A stretch of 31,377 nucleotides of DNA from Actinomycetota bacterium (GTDB lineage Bacteria; Actinomycetota; CADDZG01; WHSQ01). Below are positions 30,643 to 31,377 of this stretch, one piece after another. Position 1 is the stretch's first letter; the number at the start of each line of letters is the position of its first letter. The translations under genes and the position numbers were made by a program. The stretch covers positions 1-31,377 of the forward strand of contig JAHWJK010000002.1 of NCBI GenBank assembly GCA_019348445.1. Reading direction: 5' to 3'. The notes under the pieces are model-generated. The model was not told the origin of the DNA. It was given only the letters and a program-made list of their open reading frames with translations, and made no database searches.

Positions 30643-31377
30643 CTATCCGTGAGTTACTTCGTCGTCGACCAGGCCGATGTGTGCCTTGCCGAGTGGTGCC
30701 GTTGCACAGGGAAGGAAGATCGAGAACGTCGTTCCGCGGCTGGATGATTGGAGGTCGATCCGCCCGTTCATCGCGGCGACGAGCTGGCTGACGACGTAAA
30801 GACCGAGTCCGACGCCCTCTTGACCGGCCGCGGTCTCCTCGATGCGGCTGAACGCCTCGAAGAGCTTGTCGCGCTTGTCGCGTGGGATGCCCTCGCCGTC
30901 GTCGCGGACCTCGATCTGGACGCCACCGGAGACGCCCTTGGCGGACACCACGACGCGCGTTCGGTCATGCGTGTACTTGTACGCGTTCTCCACGAGGTTA
31001 CGGACGATCTGGGTCACTCGGTACGGATCCAACTCGACGCGCACCGGGTCGACGAAGAGCTCGAGGAGATGCGCGCGACGTTTGCCGCCCGCGGCTTCGA
31101 CCGCTCGTTTGATCGTCGAGTCGAGCTCGACCCATTCGGGCTGCAGGTTCAACCCGCCGCCCTGCATCTCGGCGGAGATGAATAGGTCCTGCACGAGCCG
31201 GTCCAGCTCGCGGCCTTGGAGATACACCATCTCGAGCAAGTGGTCGCGACGTTGCGGGTCGAGTTTGTCCCACCGAGACCGGACCGTTTCGACGGCGGTG
31301 ATCATCGTGCTTACCGGACCGCGGATCTCATGAGACGTGATCGCGATGTAACGGTCCTTCAGGTGGTCGAGCTCTAC
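30643..31377 (-). CDS. sensor histidine kinase, C-terminal part (5' end beyond the window)
   Basis: The frame stays open to the window edge (VELDHLKDRYIAITSHEIRGPVSTMIT..). H-box SHEIRGP, N-box NLVENAYKY, DDGEGIP, GVGLGL. Confidence 0.94.
   Translation of the reverse strand, partial: VELDHLKDRYIAITSHEIRGPVSTMITAVETVRSRWDKLDPQRRDHLLEMVYLQGRELDRLVQDLFISAEMQGGGLNLQPEWVELDSTIKRAVEAAGGKRRAHLLELFVDPVRVELDPYRVTQIVRNLVENAYKYTHDRTRVVVSAKGVSGGVQIEVRDDGEGIPRDKRDKLFEAFSRIEETAAGQEGVGLGLYVVSQLVAAMNGRIDLQSSSRGTTFSIFLPCATAPLGKAHIGLVDDEVTHG

Overview
High-GC chromosomal segment with about 43 tightly packed CDS. It most likely comes from an Actinomycetota bacterium (inference from DUF5319-like, FolP2-like, FadE24/FadE23-like, PASTA kinase and ThyX genes, plus many apparent leaderless TANNNT starts). 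No rRNA, tRNA, CRISPR array, IS or prophage was seen. Left to right: (1) an operator-controlled lipid operon with two acyl-CoA dehydrogenases, an SDR and three MaoC/hotdog proteins; (2) rhomboid, EEP hydrolase, a coiled-coil lipoprotein, a PASTA Ser/Thr kinase and two more lipoproteins; (3) NUDIX divergent from a DMT transporter plus FolP2-like gene; (4) a signalling block: single-domain receiver plus prepilin peptidase, converging on a three-gene unit REC-degenerate GGDEF-LuxR HTH / REC / pseudo-REC-HD-GYP; (5) DUF5319-like, orphan ParA, Zn-ribbon, a Lys/Ala-rich basic protein, patatin and glutamate dehydrogenase; (6) a small ORF, dodecin, MBL hydrolase, PaaI thioesterase, secreted and membrane hypotheticals and a receiver; (7) thyX, a divergent lgt, a DUF5679-like microprotein, a SAM methyltransferase, a 4-Cys RecB/Cas4-like nuclease, an alpha/beta hydrolase and a histidine kinase cut by the window edge. 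The best candidate for an undescribed system is the REC-GGDEF*-LuxR protein (dead active site, intact RxxD I-site), a possible c-di-GMP-sensing transcription factor coupled to an HD-GYP phosphodiesterase. All family calls come from motif recognition by eye and from memory; no searches were run.
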